DNA of 64,000 nucleotides from the human T2T-CHM13v2.0 reference genome, Homo sapiens. The notes beneath the pieces were generated by a model that did not search any database, had not been told where the DNA came from, and was given only the letters and a program-made list of their open reading frames with translations. The DNA lies in assembly GCF_009914755.1 (NCBI RefSeq), contig NC_060947.1. One strand, 5' to 3'. Below, in pieces: positions 60,401 to 64,000 of this stretch; within the stretch, counting starts at the first letter, position 1; each line of letters opens with the position of its first letter. Both the position numbers and the translations under genes were made by a program.

Positions 60401-62958
60401 TACTGGGTAAATAACAAAATTAAGGCAGAAATAAATAAATTCTTTGAAACTAATGAGAACAAAGAGGCAATGTACCAGAATCTCTGAGACACAGCTAAAG
60501 CAGTGTTAAGAGGGAAATTTACAGCACTAAATGCCCACACGAGAAAGCAGAAGAGATCTAAAATTGACACCCTAACATCACAATTAAAAGAACAATAGAA
60601 GCAAGAGCAAACAAATTCAAAAGCTAGCAGAAGAAAAGAAATAACTAAGATCAGAGCAGAACTGAAGAAGATAGAGACACGAAAATCCCTTCAAAAAATC
60701 AATGAATCCAGGACCTGTTTTTTAAAAAAGATCAACAAAACAAGTAGACCACTAGCCAGACTAATAAAGAAGAAAATAGAGAAGAATCAAATAGACACAA
60801 TAAAATATGATAAATGGGGTATCACCACTGATCCCACAGAAATACAAACTACCATCAGAGAATAATATAAACACCTCTATGCAAATAAATTAGAAAATCT
60901 AGAAGAAATTGATAAGTTTCTGGACACATTCACTCTCACAAGGCTAAATCAGCAAGAAGTTGAATTCCTCAATAGACCAACAACAAGATCTGAAATTGAG
61001 ACAGTAATTAATAGCCTACTAATGAAAAAAACCCAGGACCAGAGAGATTCACAGCCACATTCTACCAGAGGTACAAAGAGGAGCTGGTACCATTTCTTCT
61101 AAAACACTTCCAAACAATAGAAAAAGAGGGACTCCTCCCTAACTCATTTTATGAGGCCAGCATCATCCTGATACCAAAACGTGGCAGAGACACAACAAAA
61201 AAAAGAAAATTTCAGGCCAATATTTCCGATGAACATCAATGCAAAAATCCTCGACAATATATTGGCAAACCGAATCCAGCAGCACATTAAAAAACTTATC
61301 CACCACGATCAAGTTGGATTCATCCCTGGGATGCAAGGCTGTTTCAACATACACAAATCAATAAATGTAATTCATCACATAAACAGAAACAAAGACAAAA
61401 ACCACTTGATTATCTCAATAGATACAGAAAAGGCCTTTGATAAAATTCAATACTGCTTTGTGCTAAAAACACTCAATAAAAAATATATTGATTGAGCGTA
61501 TCTCAAAATAGTAAGAGCTATTTATGACAAACCCCCAGCCAATATCATACTGAATGGGCAAAAGCTGGAAGCATTCCCTTTCAAAGCCAGCACAAGACAA
61601 CGATGCCCTCTGTCACCACTTCTATTCAACATGGTATTGGAAGTTCTGACCAGGGCAATCAGGCAAGAGAAAGAAATAAAGGACATTCAGATAGGAAGAG
61701 AGGAAGTCAAATTGTCTCTGTTTGCAGATGACATAATTGTATATTTAGAAAACCCCATCGTCTCAGCCCAAAAACTCCTTTAGCTGATAAGCAACTTCAG
61801 CAAAGGCTCAGGATACAAAATCAATGTGCAAAAATCACAAGCATTCCTATACGCCAATAATAAAGAAATAGAGAGCCAAATCATGAGTGAACTCCCATTC
61901 ACAATTGCTACAAAGAGAATAAAATACCTAGGAATACAACTTATAAGGGATGTGAAAGACCTCTTCAAAGAGAACCACAAACTACTGCTTAAGGAAATAA
62001 GAGAGGACAGAAACGAATGGAAAAACATTCCATGCTCATGGATAGGAAGAATCAATATTGTGAAAATGGCCATACTGCCCAAAGTAATATGGATTCAATG
62101 CTACTCCCATGAAGCTTCCCTTTACTTACTTCACAGAATGAAAACAAAACTTTAAATTTCATATGGAACCAAAAAAGAGTCCTCATAGCCAAGACAATCC
62201 TAAGCAAAAAGAACAAAGCTGGAGGCATCATGCTGCCCGACTTCAAACTATACTACAAGGCTAGAGTAATGAAAACATCATGGTACTGGTACCAAAACAG
62301 ATATATAGACCAAAGGAACAGAACAGAGGCCTCAGAAATAACACCACACATCTACAACCATGTGATCTTTGACAAACTTGACAAAAACAAGAAATGGGGA
62401 AAGGATTCCCTATTTAATAAATGGTGTTGGGAAAACTGGCTAGCTATATGGAGAAAACTGAAACTGGACCCCTTCCTTACACCTTATACAAAAATTAACT
62501 CAAGATGGATTAAAGACTTTAACATAAAACCCAAAACCATAAAAACCCTAGAAGAAATCCTAGGCAATGCCATTCAGGACATAGGCATGGGCAAAGACTT
62601 CATGACTAAAACACCAAAAGCAATAGCAACAAAACCCAAAATTGACAAATGGCATCTAATTAACCTAAAGAGCTTCTGCACAGCAAATGAAACTACCATC
62701 AGAGTGAATAGGTAGCCTACAGAATGGGAGAAAATTTTTGCAATCTATCCACCTGACAAAATACTAATATCCAGAATCTACAAGCAACTTAAACAAACTT
62801 ATAAGAAAAAAAAACATCAAAAAGTGGGCAAAAGGTATGAACAGACACTTTTCAAAAGAAGACATTTATGCAGCCAGCAAACATAAAAAGAGCTCATCAT
62901 CACTGGTCATTAGAGAAATGCAAATCAAAACCACAATGAGATACCACCTCACACCAGT
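57433..62958 (+). mobile_element. L1PA7/8-like element, 5' complete, 3' end missing
   Basis: aataggaacagctccagtct start, long 5'UTR, ORF1 pieces 58846 and 59205, ORF2 pieces from 59829; ends at cacctcacaccagt with no 3'UTR or poly-A. Confidence 0.93.
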
Positions 62959-63249
62959 AAAAATCTTACATGCCATGAGAAAAATGACATTTTTAAAGTG
63001 CTGAAGAAAATAAAGAAATTAACCTAGCATATTATATCCAGTTAAGTTCCTTCAAGCATAAGGAGAAATAAAGATTTTCCCAGAAAAACAAAAGCAGAGG
63101 AATTTTATCAACACCAGATCTGTCCTACAAGAAATGCTAAAAAAAGTTCTTCAATTAAAAATAAAAAATCAATAGTGAGCAATAAGAAATTATTTGATGG
63201 TACAAAACTCACAGGTAAGAATAAATACTTTAAAAAATAAAACACTGAT

Positions 63250-63565
<316 letters not shown>

Positions 63566-63713
63566 AAAACGCTAATTACTATAACACTGCAATTGTGGTG
63601 TGTAAACTACTCATATCTTGAGTAGAAAGACTAAAATGTAAACCAATAAAAATGATAGCTACAACAAATTTTCAGGACATAGACAGTACACTAAGATATA
63701 AACAGAAACAACA

Positions 63714-64000
63714 AGCCAGGCGAGGTGGCTCATGCCTGTAATCCCAGCACTTTGGGAGGCCGAGGTGGGCGAATGACCTGAGGTTGGGAGTTCAAGACCA
63801 CCCTGACCAACATGGAGAAACCCCATCTCTACTAAAAATACAAAATTAGCCGGGTGTGGTGGCACATGCCTGTAATCCCAGCTGCTTGGGAGGCTGAGGC
63901 AGGAGAATTGCTTGAACCCAGGAGGCAGAGGTTGTGGTGAGCCAGAGATCGCTCCATTGCACTCAAGCCTGGGCAACAAGAGTGAAACTCCATCTCAACA
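63714..64000 (+). mobile_element. AluSp-like element, tail runs off the window
   Basis: Diagnostic gaggttgggagttc and ctgaccaacatggagaaacc. Confidence 0.93.

Overview
Primate (hominid-like) AT-rich, gene-poor genomic DNA. By rough span count about three quarters is LINE-1 of many ages (L1ME/MC/MA/PB/PA), often nested, plus seven Alus, MIR, L2, MaLR LTRs and microsatellites. The youngest L1 is a full-length ~6.04 kb L1PA2-like element (45420-51460) with a perfect 15-bp TSD, an open 338-aa ORF1, and disabled ORF2 and ORF0. Almost every ORF in the track is L1 or Alu derived. No named host gene was recognised, and there are no rRNA, tRNA or CRISPR features. The most intriguing non-repeat signal lies in two mostly unique islands (~0.3-6.5 kb and ~32.7-37 kb). 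They hold a run of very short plus-strand exon-like units with canonical splice sites, suggesting a possibly decayed microexon gene, and two phase-compatible minus-strand exon candidates downstream of the L1 antisense promoter. These exon calls are by-eye hypotheses. Repeat subfamily names and most boundaries are approximate.
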